Shown here one piece after another: positions 44,175 through 53,499 of a stretch of 64,000 nucleotides of DNA. Source of the stretch: a virus; the IMG/VR virus record IMGVR_UViG_3300008116_000125, positions 7,713 to 71,712 of that record. One strand, written 5' to 3'. Made by a program: the position numbers and the translations under genes. Each line of letters opens with the position of its first letter. The first letter of the stretch is position 1. Under the pieces are notes generated by a model. It was not told the origin of the DNA and made no database searches. It saw nothing but the letters and a program-made list of their open reading frames with translations.

Positions 44175-46072
44175 TGGCTAGAAAAAAGAAAACAACAACG
44201 AGCAGACCAGAGCCAGACTACTTAATGTCTCCTGAAGAGCTTAAGTCTAAGCTTGCTAAGGAAGAAGCTGCTGCACGTAAAGAAAAAGAAGCTATTATTG
44301 GTCCTGCTGTCTCTGAAAGAGAAGCTCAGGCAATGTCAGTAGCTTCTACTAATAAAATTTTAGGCACAAACGAAGTAGAAAAAGCAAAGTATGATGCTCT
44401 TCAAGCCCTAGTAGGGAGCGGCACTGTCGCTAAAATGCTTTTTGACAAGCCTGCTAAAGGAACTACAAGCAAAACTACTACTGGTGCTGCCGATGGTAAA
44501 AAAGATGAGGGCAAGGACGTCAAGGAGAGTCTAAGCGCAATTGCTCTTAATCTGAAAGAAGTAGTTAAGTCATTTGGCAAGATGACCGCTACTTTGCAGA
44601 ATGCAATTGATAAAAAGAATATGGAGGCATATGCTCTAGAAGAGCAACAAGCAGAAGCTGTACCTGTTGAAAAAGAAAGACCGACGCAGACTGGTGCTGA
44701 AAAAGGTGAAAAATCTTTTGGTGATCTGTTAAGCGATTTCTTTAAAAACCCTGCAATAATTGCTGCCTTTTCTGGAATAGTATATCTTTTCTTACCAAAA
44801 GAAATTAAAGAAAAAATATCTGGATTCTTCTCTGGGTTTGCAGAGGGAGTAAAAGAGACAAGTGGTGAGCTTGATACTTTTAAAACCGCATTGCTGGCTG
44901 CTGCGGCTGGTCTAGCGACTTACCTTGGAGCCGGTGTTTTAAAGTCTGTAGCAGAAGGAATAACTACTACAATGTCTTTAATTACCAAAGCAAAAACTGC
45001 ATTTGGTAAAATGGGTAGAACTGGTAAAATAATTGCGGGTGTTGCGGTAGCCGGTGGTGCAGCGGCGGCAGGTGTTGCAATTGCAAGCACAAAAGAAGAT
45101 GAAGAAGCACAGGCGAGAAAAGATGAAAGTAGACCAGAAGGTGCACCAGGAGCTACAGCAACAGAAAAGCCATCGGTCGCAGGAAGCGCGCCAGCTCAAA
45201 AAGCGGAAAAGAAAAGTGCTGATCTTCCTAAGTCAAGCCCAGGAGGAAAAGACTCTGGAATGAAGGAGTCTGGGGGAGTGCTTGGCTCAGGTCTCAAGCC
45301 TCAATCAAAAATGGGATTACAGCTCCCATCAGGTAGTGACGCTGATACGAAGAAAATGATTATACATCATGAGGGCATTAGACATAGACCATATAAAGAT
45401 TCTTTAGGGCTATGGACTGTTGGTGTCGGACATTTAATTGGTGACGGCAAGTCTTTACCTCCAGAGTATAATAGAGAGTTTACTAACGATGAAGTAATGC
45501 AGATGTTTGACAAAGACTTCGAACATCACAAACAGGCTGCAGAAAAGATACCGGGGTATGATAATCTTAATGATAAAGGGCAAGCAGCTTTAGTTGACCT
45601 CACATTTAATATGGGACCAGCGTGGTATAAAAAGTGGCCTAATTTTACGCGCAATATAAAAGAAGGTGATACGGAGGGAGCTGCTAAAAGCTTAGAAGAT
45701 AGCAAGTGGTATACTCAAGTTGGTAGAAGAGCTCCAACCATTGTGTCATTAATCAGACAGGGTGGTGAAGAGAACGGAAGTCAGGGAAGCAATGCTACAA
45801 CCGGACCTTCTGCTACCCCTACTATGTCAGCTCCACAAGTTGCATCCTTAGAACCACCTAAAGCATCTAGTGGTATGAAAGTGGCAGCAGCATCTGAAAG
45901 AAATGAGACTCAGATGACTGGAGGTCAGGGCGGTATTATTAATAACTCTATTAGTAACAATAAGCAGTTTTCAAGTAAAAAGGGACCGGACGCCCCGCCT
46001 CCGATCCCTTCGCCTGTTGCTAATAGAGGAACGTTAGATAGTGGTATCCGACATTCCACTTCCTATACTTAA
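44174..46072 (+). CDS. Tape-measure/ejection-like protein 2 with a GH24 phage lysozyme domain
   Basis: Ala/Gly-rich hydrophobic helices; HEGIRHRPYKDSLGLWTVGVGHLI (E-x8-D-x5-T triad), ALVDLTFNMG, SKWYTQVGRRA. Confidence 0.8.
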   Translation: MARKKKTTTSRPEPDYLMSPEELKSKLAKEEAAARKEKEAIIGPAVSEREAQAMSVASTNKILGTNEVEKAKYDALQALVGSGTVAKMLFDKPAKGTTSKTTTGAADGKKDEGKDVKESLSAIALNLKEVVKSFGKMTATLQNAIDKKNMEAYALEEQQAEAVPVEKERPTQTGAEKGEKSFGDLLSDFFKNPAIIAAFSGIVYLFLPKEIKEKISGFFSGFAEGVKETSGELDTFKTALLAAAAGLATYLGAGVLKSVAEGITTTMSLITKAKTAFGKMGRTGKIIAGVAVAGGAAAAGVAIASTKEDEEAQARKDESRPEGAPGATATEKPSVAGSAPAQKAEKKSADLPKSSPGGKDSGMKESGGVLGSGLKPQSKMGLQLPSGSDADTKKMIIHHEGIRHRPYKDSLGLWTVGVGHLIGDGKSLPPEYNREFTNDEVMQMFDKDFEHHKQAAEKIPGYDNLNDKGQAALVDLTFNMGPAWYKKWPNFTRNIKEGDTEGAAKSLEDSKWYTQVGRRAPTIVSLIRQGGEENGSQGSNATTGPSATPTMSAPQVASLEPPKASSGMKVAAASERNETQMTGGQGGIINNSISNNKQFSSKKGPDAPPPIPSPVANRGTLDSGIRHSTSYT

Positions 46073-46965
46073 TCCTCAGCTAACTTCTTAAAGAAGTCCA
46101 TATCCTCATCATCATCGTCAACAGTAGTTACTGGAGACTTAAGTGATTTAATGGGAGCCGCTGGTTTAACGTTATCACTTTCATCATACATGCTACTCTC
46201 AGCCGTAGTCTGAGGCTTTGGGGACCCGCTGGTTAAACCAATTACACGATCAAATTTAGACTTAAGTTCATCGTACGATTTAAAGTTCTTAGGATCTACA
46301 AACTCGGCAAGTGCGTACTCGCGCTTCCATACCTTCTCAAGCTCTTCATCGTTATCCAACAAAGGTGCTGGTGATTCAAATTCGGACTTATCGTAATTAC
46401 GATAACCTTCTACGTTACGAATCTTCAGCTTAAAGTTAGCACCTTCCCAAAGATCGAAAGGATTTACTGGCTTTTCGTCTTCATACTTTGGCTCCATTGC
46501 ATCTTTAAGCTTTTCAAAGATCTTTTTGCCGTATTTAAAGAGGAAAACTTTACCTTCGTTTTCTGGGTGTGCAGGATCTTTTACAACATAAATGTTGCTG
46601 TAGTATGACAGTCTACGTTTTTGTTTACGCACTTGTTCTTTATTTTGTTCAATACCTGAGTTCCAGAGCTGGGTATTATATTCTGAAACCGGATCTTTTT
46701 GACCGATGGTAGTGAGCGATTTCTCAATATACCAGCCACCAGGACCCTGAAAGCCGTGATCCCATACTCTTGCGAACGGAACATCTTCGCCGTTTGGTGC
46801 AGGTAGAAATCTAATAACAGCATAACCGTTACCAGCTTTATCTACTTCTGGCTTCCAAAAGCGATCATCATCCTGAGATGCTGTAGTAGTATTAAGTTTA
46901 TTGAATTCGTTGCTTAGATTTGCGAAAACCGATTGACGGTTCTTTTTGAGGGAACTAAAGTCCAT
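46069..46965 (-). CDS. gp32: Single-stranded DNA-binding protein gp32
   Basis: DDRFWKPEVDKAGNGYAVIRFLPAP, HGFQGPGGWYIE, FKYGKKIF, NPFDLWEGANFKLKIR, acidic tail. Confidence 0.97.
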   Translation of the reverse strand: MDFSSLKKNRQSVFANLSNEFNKLNTTTASQDDDRFWKPEVDKAGNGYAVIRFLPAPNGEDVPFARVWDHGFQGPGGWYIEKSLTTIGQKDPVSEYNTQLWNSGIEQNKEQVRKQKRRLSYYSNIYVVKDPAHPENEGKVFLFKYGKKIFEKLKDAMEPKYEDEKPVNPFDLWEGANFKLKIRNVEGYRNYDKSEFESPAPLLDNDEELEKVWKREYALAEFVDPKNFKSYDELKSKFDRVIGLTSGSPKPQTTAESSMYDESDNVKPAAPIKSLKSPVTTVDDDDEDMDFFKKLAED

Positions 46966-47001
46966 GTAATGCTCCTTATTAACGTTGTATGCGATGTATA
47001 T

Positions 47002-47039
47002 TCTTATCCACTTTGTACATAATGATAAGAGTATTTATA
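47002..47039 (-). promoter_or_regulatory. Late promoter TATAAATA (47032-47039) and leader hairpin upstream of gp32
   Basis: Exact late consensus followed by the inverted repeat TCTTATC...GATAAGA (47002-47030), an A-rich stretch and a TAAGGAG RBS. Confidence 0.7.
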
Positions 47040-47621
47040 TTAACTGCCTTCATTAAATTTATCAAGTACTGCTAGTTTATACTTCTGTATGTCGACGGTA
47101 AAGAACGGCCTATACTTCTTAAGTTTCTGATACTCTGTTGGCCATACGATTTTATCCTCTATTTTTCTATTCCATAGCTTAAGAAATCCTAGCAGATCAT
47201 CTAATATTAAAAGCGTCTCAGGGGATATTTCTTTACGTAAATACAGCTTTAAGAGCTTAGGATGTTGCCCGTCTATGACTATGAAGTTAGAGTTAAAATC
47301 ATCATCTAATTTATCGAGGTCAGATTTAAAAATGTATGATAGACTCTCAATTCGTTTCTTCCAGTTAAGATACGTTTTTTCGGCTACCTGCTCATTTACT
47401 AGATCACCTACCCAGCAGTCAGTAACTAAAAAATTAGCAACTAAAAAATTAGTACAGTCTTTATGTTTTGAAAGCTTATGAAAGAAGTACTTGTCACTGC
47501 GCTTATCAAAGGTTGTTCTGCTAGCTCTCGTTCTACCATTATACTTAAAAAAATCGTAGTACTTAGAATTAAAATGATTCTTTAATGCAATATAAGTTTT
47601 ATACGCGTTAAAAGCGTCCAT
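47040..47621 (-). CDS. gp59: Helicase loader gp59 (start moved to ATG 47621)
   Basis: AYKTYIALKNHF...YDFFKYNG...FDKRSDKYFFHKL...ISPETLLILD...KKYRPF; directly upstream of gp32. Confidence 0.9.
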   Translation of the reverse strand: MDAFNAYKTYIALKNHFNSKYYDFFKYNGRTRASRTTFDKRSDKYFFHKLSKHKDCTNFLVANFLVTDCWVGDLVNEQVAEKTYLNWKKRIESLSYIFKSDLDKLDDDFNSNFIVIDGQHPKLLKLYLRKEISPETLLILDDLLGFLKLWNRKIEDKIVWPTEYQKLKKYRPFFTVDIQKYKLAVLDKFNEGS

Positions 47622-48219
47622 TTTTAAAAACATATCCCTGCTGCCTAATATAACGCTCACGCATTGTAGAAACTTTACGCATCTCATTTGTCTCATCGAT
47701 TAAGATCGTAAACCCGATAGCTTCAAAAGCACCTAACCAGTACTCTATTGGCATACAGTTAACGTGATGATGACCTGGTTGTCCAGGTAGTGCATGCGTC
47801 ATGGCAACATACTTGCAGTGCTTGAATGTCTCAAGAAAGTGCTGCATGTATTTTTTCTCTACGTGCTCTACAAATTCTACGGACCAGGCAAGATCATATG
47901 TCTCTGATGGAATATAGGGCCCTGTTGCATAGTCATGAATAGTAATAAGCTTTGATACTTCCGGGTCACGTTCTACTTTATCGTCCCCATCAACTCCGAG
48001 CACTTTCAAGCCCTTACTGTGTGCCAATTCTACCATGCCTCCGGGTCCGCACCCCACATCAAGCATTGACTTAATGTCTAGCGTCTTCATTAGATAGGTT
48101 AACGCCCCATCATCTACGTGAGTCTCTCCTTCGTGTCCTCCTAGATGCGAGGGCAGGTCATCTGGGTGCTTGTAAGCCTCAGGTACGTCAAAATTATATT
48201 CTACTAACGGTTCACTCAT
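47608..48219 (-). CDS. Class I SAM-dependent methyltransferase
   Basis: MLDVGCGPG motif I, GVDGD, YDLAWSVEFVEHV, PGQPGHHHVNC. Confidence 0.85.
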   Translation of the reverse strand: MSEPLVEYNFDVPEAYKHPDDLPSHLGGHEGETHVDDGALTYLMKTLDIKSMLDVGCGPGGMVELAHSKGLKVLGVDGDDKVERDPEVSKLITIHDYATGPYIPSETYDLAWSVEFVEHVEKKYMQHFLETFKHCKYVAMTHALPGQPGHHHVNCMPIEYWLGAFEAIGFTILIDETNEMRKVSTMRERYIRQQGYVFKNGRF

Positions 48220-48497
48220 ATCGGTAACTTTCCACTTTTTGGTAAATAATTTTGATTTTCAGCCTCGAACTGAATCTTAGCTTTCATTTTTGCGCTACCC
48301 TTAATAAGAGCAGCTGCTGTCTCAATCTCAACATCATTAACACTACAATAATACATGACTGCTTCAATATAATCCATCTTTTTTTCTTCTACCAGCTTAT
48401 CAATTTCATGCATGAACTGAGTAGGAGATTTTATGGAATTTATCTCAACATCATCAATTTGTAGTAGGTAAGATTTTTTATCGTTATCTTCTATCAT
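48216..48497 (-). CDS. gp33: Late transcription co-activator gp33
   Basis: EIDKLV...DYIEAVMYYC...IEIETAAALI...KAKIQFEAENQNYLPK. Confidence 0.88.
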   Translation of the reverse strand: MIEDNDKKSYLLQIDDVEINSIKSPTQFMHEIDKLVEEKKMDYIEAVMYYCSVNDVEIETAAALIKGSAKMKAKIQFEAENQNYLPKSGKLPI

Positions 48498-48850
48498 TTA
48501 AAAACAACTATACCAAGTAATACTGCTTGAATGAAGAAGCCTAGCCCGTTAGTAACAATATTAAGCATATCTCTCTTAATTAATGCTCTAACGAAAAATA
48601 GTAATAAACCTGACCAAATAAAGAAAATAACATCTAAAGATGGTAGCTTATCTGATATTGCAAAAATAAGTCCTAAAAGAGAAGGAATGGTTGCTGCATG
48701 AATAAGCATCGTGCCTAACCAGCCAACCCCTTCAGCAGACAAGTGGGATATTTTTTGACTTAGGTTTGTTTTCTGGGATCGGAACCAATCTTGAATTTTA
48801 TTCAAATTAATTTTAGGTTCTTTTTTCTTTATAGAAGATGTGTCTTCCAA
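48494..48850 (-). CDS. Small membrane protein with about 3 TM helices
   Basis: Hydrophobic segments GVGWLGTMLIHAATIPSLLGLIFAI, VIFFIWSGLLLFFV, GLGFFIQAVLLGIVVF. Confidence 0.7.
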   Translation of the reverse strand: MEDTSSIKKKEPKINLNKIQDWFRSQKTNLSQKISHLSAEGVGWLGTMLIHAATIPSLLGLIFAISDKLPSLDVIFFIWSGLLLFFVRALIKRDMLNIVTNGLGFFIQAVLLGIVVFK

Positions 48851-49391
48851 TTTTTCCTATCCTTTCTTTCTTCCACTTCGGATCAACATAATCAGCATGG
48901 TAATAGAGCGCGTCTTTAAATCCATCTAATCTATAGTTCTCAAGAAGAACTTTTTTAGCAACGGCTTCACTTTCCATGTACAGTTTAGGATGTACTGATT
49001 TAGTGATGTGATTAGTTTCACAAAACCAGCTAAACTGGCAAACAACCTTAGAGTAAATTACATTTTTTTGATACACTACTGCACAAATATCTTCAGGGAA
49101 TCTCCCGTCATTTACTCTGTTTATAGTTACTTGAGCTACTGCAACTTTACCTTCAAAAGGTTCATGAGCAGCTTCCCAGTAAATATTCTTTGCCAAGCAT
49201 TCTACCTGTCTCATTCTGTCAGATGCTGTATAGTGAACAGGTATACCGCTTAAAAGTGTGTGCTTGTAAAGCTTATAATTAAATACTGCACCAACGACGC
49301 CAACAACCATTGCTGCACAGATTAAAAACAATGTTAAATTAGTTGTCGACTTAAAGCTGTTATCTAAAGATCTCTGTTGGACCTTGAGCAT
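48813..49391 (-). CDS. SleB-like cell wall hydrolase (Hydrolase_2) with N-terminal TM anchor
   Basis: CLAKNIYWEA...GKVAVAQVTINRV...FPEDICAVVYQ...CQFSW...ALYYHADYVDPKW...IGRHIFY. Confidence 0.92.
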   Translation of the reverse strand: MLKVQQRSLDNSFKSTTNLTLFLICAAMVVGVVGAVFNYKLYKHTLLSGIPVHYTASDRMRQVECLAKNIYWEAAHEPFEGKVAVAQVTINRVNDGRFPEDICAVVYQKNVIYSKVVCQFSWFCETNHITKSVHPKLYMESEAVAKKVLLENYRLDGFKDALYYHADYVDPKWKKERIGKIGRHIFYKEKRT

Positions 49392-49454
49392 AATGCTCCT
49401 CCTTATTCTTCAGCTTAAAGCGTAAGTGATTAGTTATATATTATACCGGAATCC

Positions 49455-50147
49455 TTAGCGGATAGTTGCACTAATCACTACTGCGTTAGGGTCTTGGAGC
49501 ACTTTCTCTACTTTTTTCTTAACTTCTTCGTCTTTAATCGTGTTATAAAGCATCTTTGACTTATCAACCTCAGCTACAGGACGCACTTTAATTTGATCGT
49601 CAGCATCTGATGTCTTATCTAATTCCTTCAGTCTATCTTCTCGTGACTTAGAGTTGTCTTTTGTCGTCAGTCGGCGTGCTTCATTTTGATTAATTTTAAG
49701 CATTACGAATGCTCGAAAGTGATCTCCTTCGCGAATAACTGCTACATGCTCGCGAGTGAAAAAGCTTAGCTCTTGATTAACACGAACCTTAGACACACGA
49801 TCAATCTCACGCTGCACATCTTTAACACCATGACCAGATTCAAGCGATGTCTCACGCGTTAAACTATCAACCTTAGTTCCAAGCCTCTCAGCTAATTGCA
49901 CCTTGGCATTAAGAGTAGCCTTATCAATTGCAAATTGCATGTCCTTACTTACATCTGTAGCAGTGACTGTAATGGCCCCCTCAACTGGTTTTTGTAAGAA
50001 CCATTCTGGGATATGATTCACTTTACTTTTTGGAATCTCAACCATTTTATTATCGTCGGCGCCTCCTAGCCCTATAGTAGAACAGCCAGCGGTAATAAGT
50101 CCTAAAGCACAAGCCATAATATAGGTCATAATCATTTTCATAGTCAT
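49455..50147 (-). CDS. Lipoprotein, LPP20-like
   Basis: Lipobox ITAGC; IPEWF...SKDMQFAIDKATLNAKVQLA. Confidence 0.7.
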   Translation of the reverse strand: MTMKMIMTYIMACALGLITAGCSTIGLGGADDNKMVEIPKSKVNHIPEWFLQKPVEGAITVTATDVSKDMQFAIDKATLNAKVQLAERLGTKVDSLTRETSLESGHGVKDVQREIDRVSKVRVNQELSFFTREHVAVIREGDHFRAFVMLKINQNEARRLTTKDNSKSREDRLKELDKTSDADDQIKVRPVAEVDKSKMLYNTIKDEEVKKKVEKVLQDPNAVVISATIR

Positions 50148-50920
50148 TTCCGTTTAATTAAAATGTTGTAAGTAATAGTCTTTCTAGAATGTATGGGAAT
50201 AGAATTAATTGCTTCGTGTAGCATATGATGATCTAATGCAAGTCTATCAAAGTCGATACGATGCTTGGTAAAAAGAAAAATAATTTTTTCCTCATCTCTC
50301 CTTTGGTTTCTATCTAGTTCTGTTACGTACCTTAACCCAAGGCCAGGGAACTCAAAGTCTTCATCAAACTTATTGTTTTCATAATAGCCTGAAGGGAATA
50401 AAAACTCAACCCCCTTACGGTGAACGTTAAACATATAGAAGTAGACAGGTTCGTTTATGCTTATTCTAAAGTTTAACGGTTCGTTTTCAAAGTAGATATT
50501 CTTACCTGACACCCCTACCTGTAAAGGTCTAGGAGATTCCTCAAGATCAGCAACCAAAATTACCTTACAGATACTATTTTCTATTACTTCCTTCCGTGAC
50601 ACAATCTTTTTTATCGTGCCTGCAGTAGTATAGTCATGTTCTTTATAGTAATTACAGTAACTATAATCTTTAGTATCGTAGCAGAAGTTTTTCTTTTCTA
50701 CTGTAAATTGTTTACCGCTGTGCTTATCTAGGGCGTGCTTGATAGCTTTTTGTTCAGCTAATAAGCACGCATTGGTAGAGTTATACTTGTCATTGATAGT
50801 AGTCTCACCAATACCAGTTTCAAGCCCTGCGGCAGCTGGTAGCGCTATACCTAAACTACAAGCTACCGCCGATCTTAGTAATAACTTGTTCAATCCTAGA
50901 TCTCCAGTACAGGGGTACAT
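50144..50920 (-). CDS. Secreted protein with a DUF4384-like C-terminal domain
   Basis: Signal-peptide-like LGIALPAAA; C-terminal YFENEPLNFRISINEPVYFYMFNV...LFPSGY; true start uncertain. Confidence 0.5.
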   Translation of the reverse strand: MYPCTGDLGLNKLLLRSAVACSLGIALPAAAGLETGIGETTINDKYNSTNACLLAEQKAIKHALDKHSGKQFTVEKKNFCYDTKDYSYCNYYKEHDYTTAGTIKKIVSRKEVIENSICKVILVADLEESPRPLQVGVSGKNIYFENEPLNFRISINEPVYFYMFNVHRKGVEFLFPSGYYENNKFDEDFEFPGLGLRYVTELDRNQRRDEEKIIFLFTKHRIDFDRLALDHHMLHEAINSIPIHSRKTITYNILIKRK

Positions 50921-50966
50921 ATAGTCTGAGTACCTTTAAAAATTTTACTAATTCTCTAGCATCCAA

Positions 50967-51464
50967 TTATAAACTAAGATCTTTCTTTACTAGGTAAATA
51001 TAAGTGTAAGCGTTTTGTTTTGTAATTCCTAGTTCTTTTTGTACCATGTCGATTACGGCTTTCTCACCTTTGTCTTTATGCTCAAGATATATGTCACGTG
51101 CTATTGAGCGTTTACTAGGGCCTTTTTTAAGGCTTACGTCTTCGCTGTCTTGATCATTCGTCTTAAAATAAGATGAGCCAATTAGGTCAGTTATACGCTC
51201 AACCCGCTCGTTCGATTTTTTAATAATTTCTTCAATGTTAGGATTCATATTATGGAGGGCTTGTAAAACGGTAGTCATTGCAAATACATAGGCGGTTTTT
51301 CTATTGTCGATAGGACTGATACCCACCTTTGCGATAATGGCATTTGCTGCTTTGAGAGGGCTTGATTGACTGTCAAGATACTCTCTTACTACTTGAACAG
51401 CCTGGGTTTCTGTAAACCCCGGTTTAATTTTAAGCTTTGATAATATTTCACTATTAACGCTCAT
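50967..51464 (-). CDS. Hypothetical protein with possible C-terminal HTH (start moved to ATG 51464)
   Basis: GAGGTG RBS; KRSIARDIY...VQKELGITKQNAYTYIY. Confidence 0.6.
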   Translation of the reverse strand: MSVNSEILSKLKIKPGFTETQAVQVVREYLDSQSSPLKAANAIIAKVGISPIDNRKTAYVFAMTTVLQALHNMNPNIEEIIKKSNERVERITDLIGSSYFKTNDQDSEDVSLKKGPSKRSIARDIYLEHKDKGEKAVIDMVQKELGITKQNAYTYIYLVKKDLSL

Positions 51465-51491
51465 GTTCACCTCATCATTTAACATACATCT

Positions 51492-51520
51492 ATTATATAC
51501 GATGAGAGTAATTACATCAA
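51492..51520 (-). promoter_or_regulatory. Sigma70-like early promoter TTGATG-N17-TATAAT
   Basis: -35 at 51515-51520, -10 at 51492-51497, 17-nt spacer. Confidence 0.7.
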
Positions 51521-52183
51521 CTTTTTACTGTAGTTACGGAATATTTCCGTTACTTTGTCTTTATAGTAATTAGGGTTTTTAACGAAATACTGCAGATTAT
51601 CATCTTCTACCGCAACGAGAACTATAATATACGGAATATTAACTTTATACATCTCCTCAACCATCATTGCGTAAGCGGTTAGTTGTAAGAAGTAACCCTC
51701 TATCCATTCTTCCTTTTTAGGTTTGGAGGAAGTCTTGTAATCGACGATAGAATAACAATCGTGCATCCTGCAAACTAGATCACATCTACCTGCTGTTTGC
51801 AAAAAATCAGAATACAAAGGTATTTCTATTCCGTATACTTTTGTTAGGTAGTTATCAAGATAAGGTTGAATTTGCTTGAATAGTGAAATACTGCTAGGCA
51901 TTGAACCTTTTAAAAAATCATCTTTATTTAAGACATAATCTTCGCAAAGCTTATGAACCTTAGTCCCTCTTGAAGCAGCTGCTTTAGTAATTTTATCTGC
52001 CTCATCGTTGCCTACTTTAGCTCTCCATTCGTTAAGACCTTTTTTGTCTAAGCTATTACTAATAACGGTTGTTACGGAAGGATAGGATTTACCGCTTGGT
52101 GTAAGGTAGTGTCTTTTGCCATCGATGTAATTTTCCTTGAGCTCAATCTGCTCGAACAGCTCATGCTTAAACTTTTTGTTCAT
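51512..52183 (-). CDS. PD-(D/E)XK exonuclease (Cas4-like family of T4-like phages)
   Basis: RHYLTPSGKSYPSVTT, RGTKVHKLCE, AGRCDL...IVDYKTS, YFLQLTAYA. Confidence 0.88.
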   Translation of the reverse strand: MNKKFKHELFEQIELKENYIDGKRHYLTPSGKSYPSVTTVISNSLDKKGLNEWRAKVGNDEADKITKAAASRGTKVHKLCEDYVLNKDDFLKGSMPSSISLFKQIQPYLDNYLTKVYGIEIPLYSDFLQTAGRCDLVCRMHDCYSIVDYKTSSKPKKEEWIEGYFLQLTAYAMMVEEMYKVNIPYIIVLVAVEDDNLQYFVKNPNYYKDKVTEIFRNYSKKLM

Positions 52184-52931
52184 TGGTATCTTCGTATTTT
52201 ATTTTAGCTAAAATATAATCCTTAACTAAACTTGATCTTACAATGTCTTCTACCGTAAATTCAATTCTAGTAAATGCGCTCATATGATAGGCTATATCAA
52301 AAAATTTTAGTAATCCAGACTTATCGTTATTCTTTCTCAAGTCAGTTTGTCTATAGTCACCACACCAAATAATTTTAGATCTGTGACCGACACGAGTCAT
52401 AACGGTATCAATCTCTTCAAAATTCATATTTTGCACTTCATCAACTATAATGATTGCATCATCAAATGACATACCTCTAATAAAAGAGGTTGATATAAAC
52501 TCAATGTATCCTTGCTCGTCAAGTCTTTGATAGGCGTCTTTTCTACCAAACAATGTTTCACATATCTGTCTGTAAGGCTGTTGATAAATCTCCATTTTTT
52601 CCCCTACGTCACCAGGAAGATGACCAATCTCTCTAGATTGTACTGCTGACCTTACTATAATAATTTTATTAAAAGGATTTGACTTATCAAGTACTTCTTC
52701 TAATGCCTTATAAAGGGCTATAAATGTTTTTCCTGTTCCTGCAACTCCATGTAAAGCAACAAAATAGTCACCTCTTTTATAGGCTTCAAAAAATAGTTTC
52801 TGATTTTCTGTTAGTGGGGTAAATGTCTTAAGATTGTCTAATTTTATCTTTAGTGTAGAAGGGGAGGGTGCTCTTTCAGCAATATCGTTGGAGGTTGATG
52901 TCTGTTGATTGTTGCTTGATCGTTTGGCCAT
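52167..52931 (-). CDS. phoH: PhoH-like ATPase
   Basis: GVAGTGKT, IGHLPG, FIRGMSF, IIVDEVQN, TRVG, GDYRQTDL, DIVRS. Confidence 0.95.
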   Translation of the reverse strand: MAKRSSNNQQTSTSNDIAERAPSPSTLKIKLDNLKTFTPLTENQKLFFEAYKRGDYFVALHGVAGTGKTFIALYKALEEVLDKSNPFNKIIIVRSAVQSREIGHLPGDVGEKMEIYQQPYRQICETLFGRKDAYQRLDEQGYIEFISTSFIRGMSFDDAIIIVDEVQNMNFEEIDTVMTRVGHRSKIIWCGDYRQTDLRKNNDKSGLLKFFDIAYHMSAFTRIEFTVEDIVRSSLVKDYILAKIKYEDTNEQKV

Positions 52932-52939
52932 GGGTGCCT

Positions 52940-53176
52940 TTAAAAGTCGTTGATAGTGCTTCTCCTGTGCTTGCTTTTCATATTCTTTAAAAGGTCTCGA
53001 AAACCAGCGGCTGGTTTTACCAAACCTAGTCTTGCAGGATCACTTAGCCCAGGGGAACCCGTAATGTGCATTTCCAGATGAGGATTTGCTGCTTTGAATT
53101 CATCAAGTTGAGATATTCTCATAACATGATCGATAATTTCACCGGTGTTAATATCTCTAAAAGAATAAGTTGGCAT
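52940..53176 (-). CDS. Small conserved FmdB-like hypothetical protein (start moved to ATG 53176)
   Basis: MPTYSFRDINTGE...NPHLE...GFRDLL; usual neighbour of phoH in T4-like phages. Confidence 0.7.
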   Translation of the reverse strand: MPTYSFRDINTGEIIDHVMRISQLDEFKAANPHLEMHITGSPGLSDPARLGLVKPAAGFRDLLKNMKSKHRRSTINDF

Positions 53177-53177
53177 A

Positions 53178-53321
53178 TTATTTTCTATTCTTATTCTGCT
53201 CTTTAATTTTCTCAATTAACTTTTTTTCGTGCTCACGTCTTTTACGCCATATTTTATTAGTAAGCGTGACTAAAATTGTTTCTATTTTACCCATAACAGG
53301 GTTAGTCCAAAACCATCCCAT
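53178..53321 (-). CDS. 47-aa hypothetical protein (not in track)
   Basis: MGWFWTNPVMGKIETILVTLTNKIWRKRREHEKKLIEKIKEQNKNRK; AGGAG RBS. Confidence 0.55.
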   Translation of the reverse strand: MGWFWTNPVMGKIETILVTLTNKIWRKRREHEKKLIEKIKEQNKNRK

Positions 53322-53330
53322 TAATATCTC

Positions 53331-53498
53331 CTAGATAGTATCTTCATAATTTAAGATCTTTTTAACATCTTTTGTTTTAAGAATGTTGTCTAGAGATCTT
53401 AATTTTTTATTATTAAAATTAGATTTGCGCTTTTTAACGTAATGAGCGCTGTCGTCAGTTTCGTATGATTTTTTAAACTTTTTAAGTGTTTTACTCAT
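53331..53498 (-). CDS. 55-aa basic hypothetical protein (not in track)
   Basis: MSKTLKKFKKSYETDD...KILNYEDTI; fills the gap with tight spacing. Confidence 0.55.
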   Translation of the reverse strand: MSKTLKKFKKSYETDDSAHYVKKRKSNFNNKKLRSLDNILKTKDVKKILNYEDTI

Positions 53499-53499
53499 T

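Noticed and set aside
51512-52183. Cas4-like nuclease as part of a CRISPR system
   Set aside because: No array or other cas genes; this is a standard exonuclease beside phoH in T4-like phages
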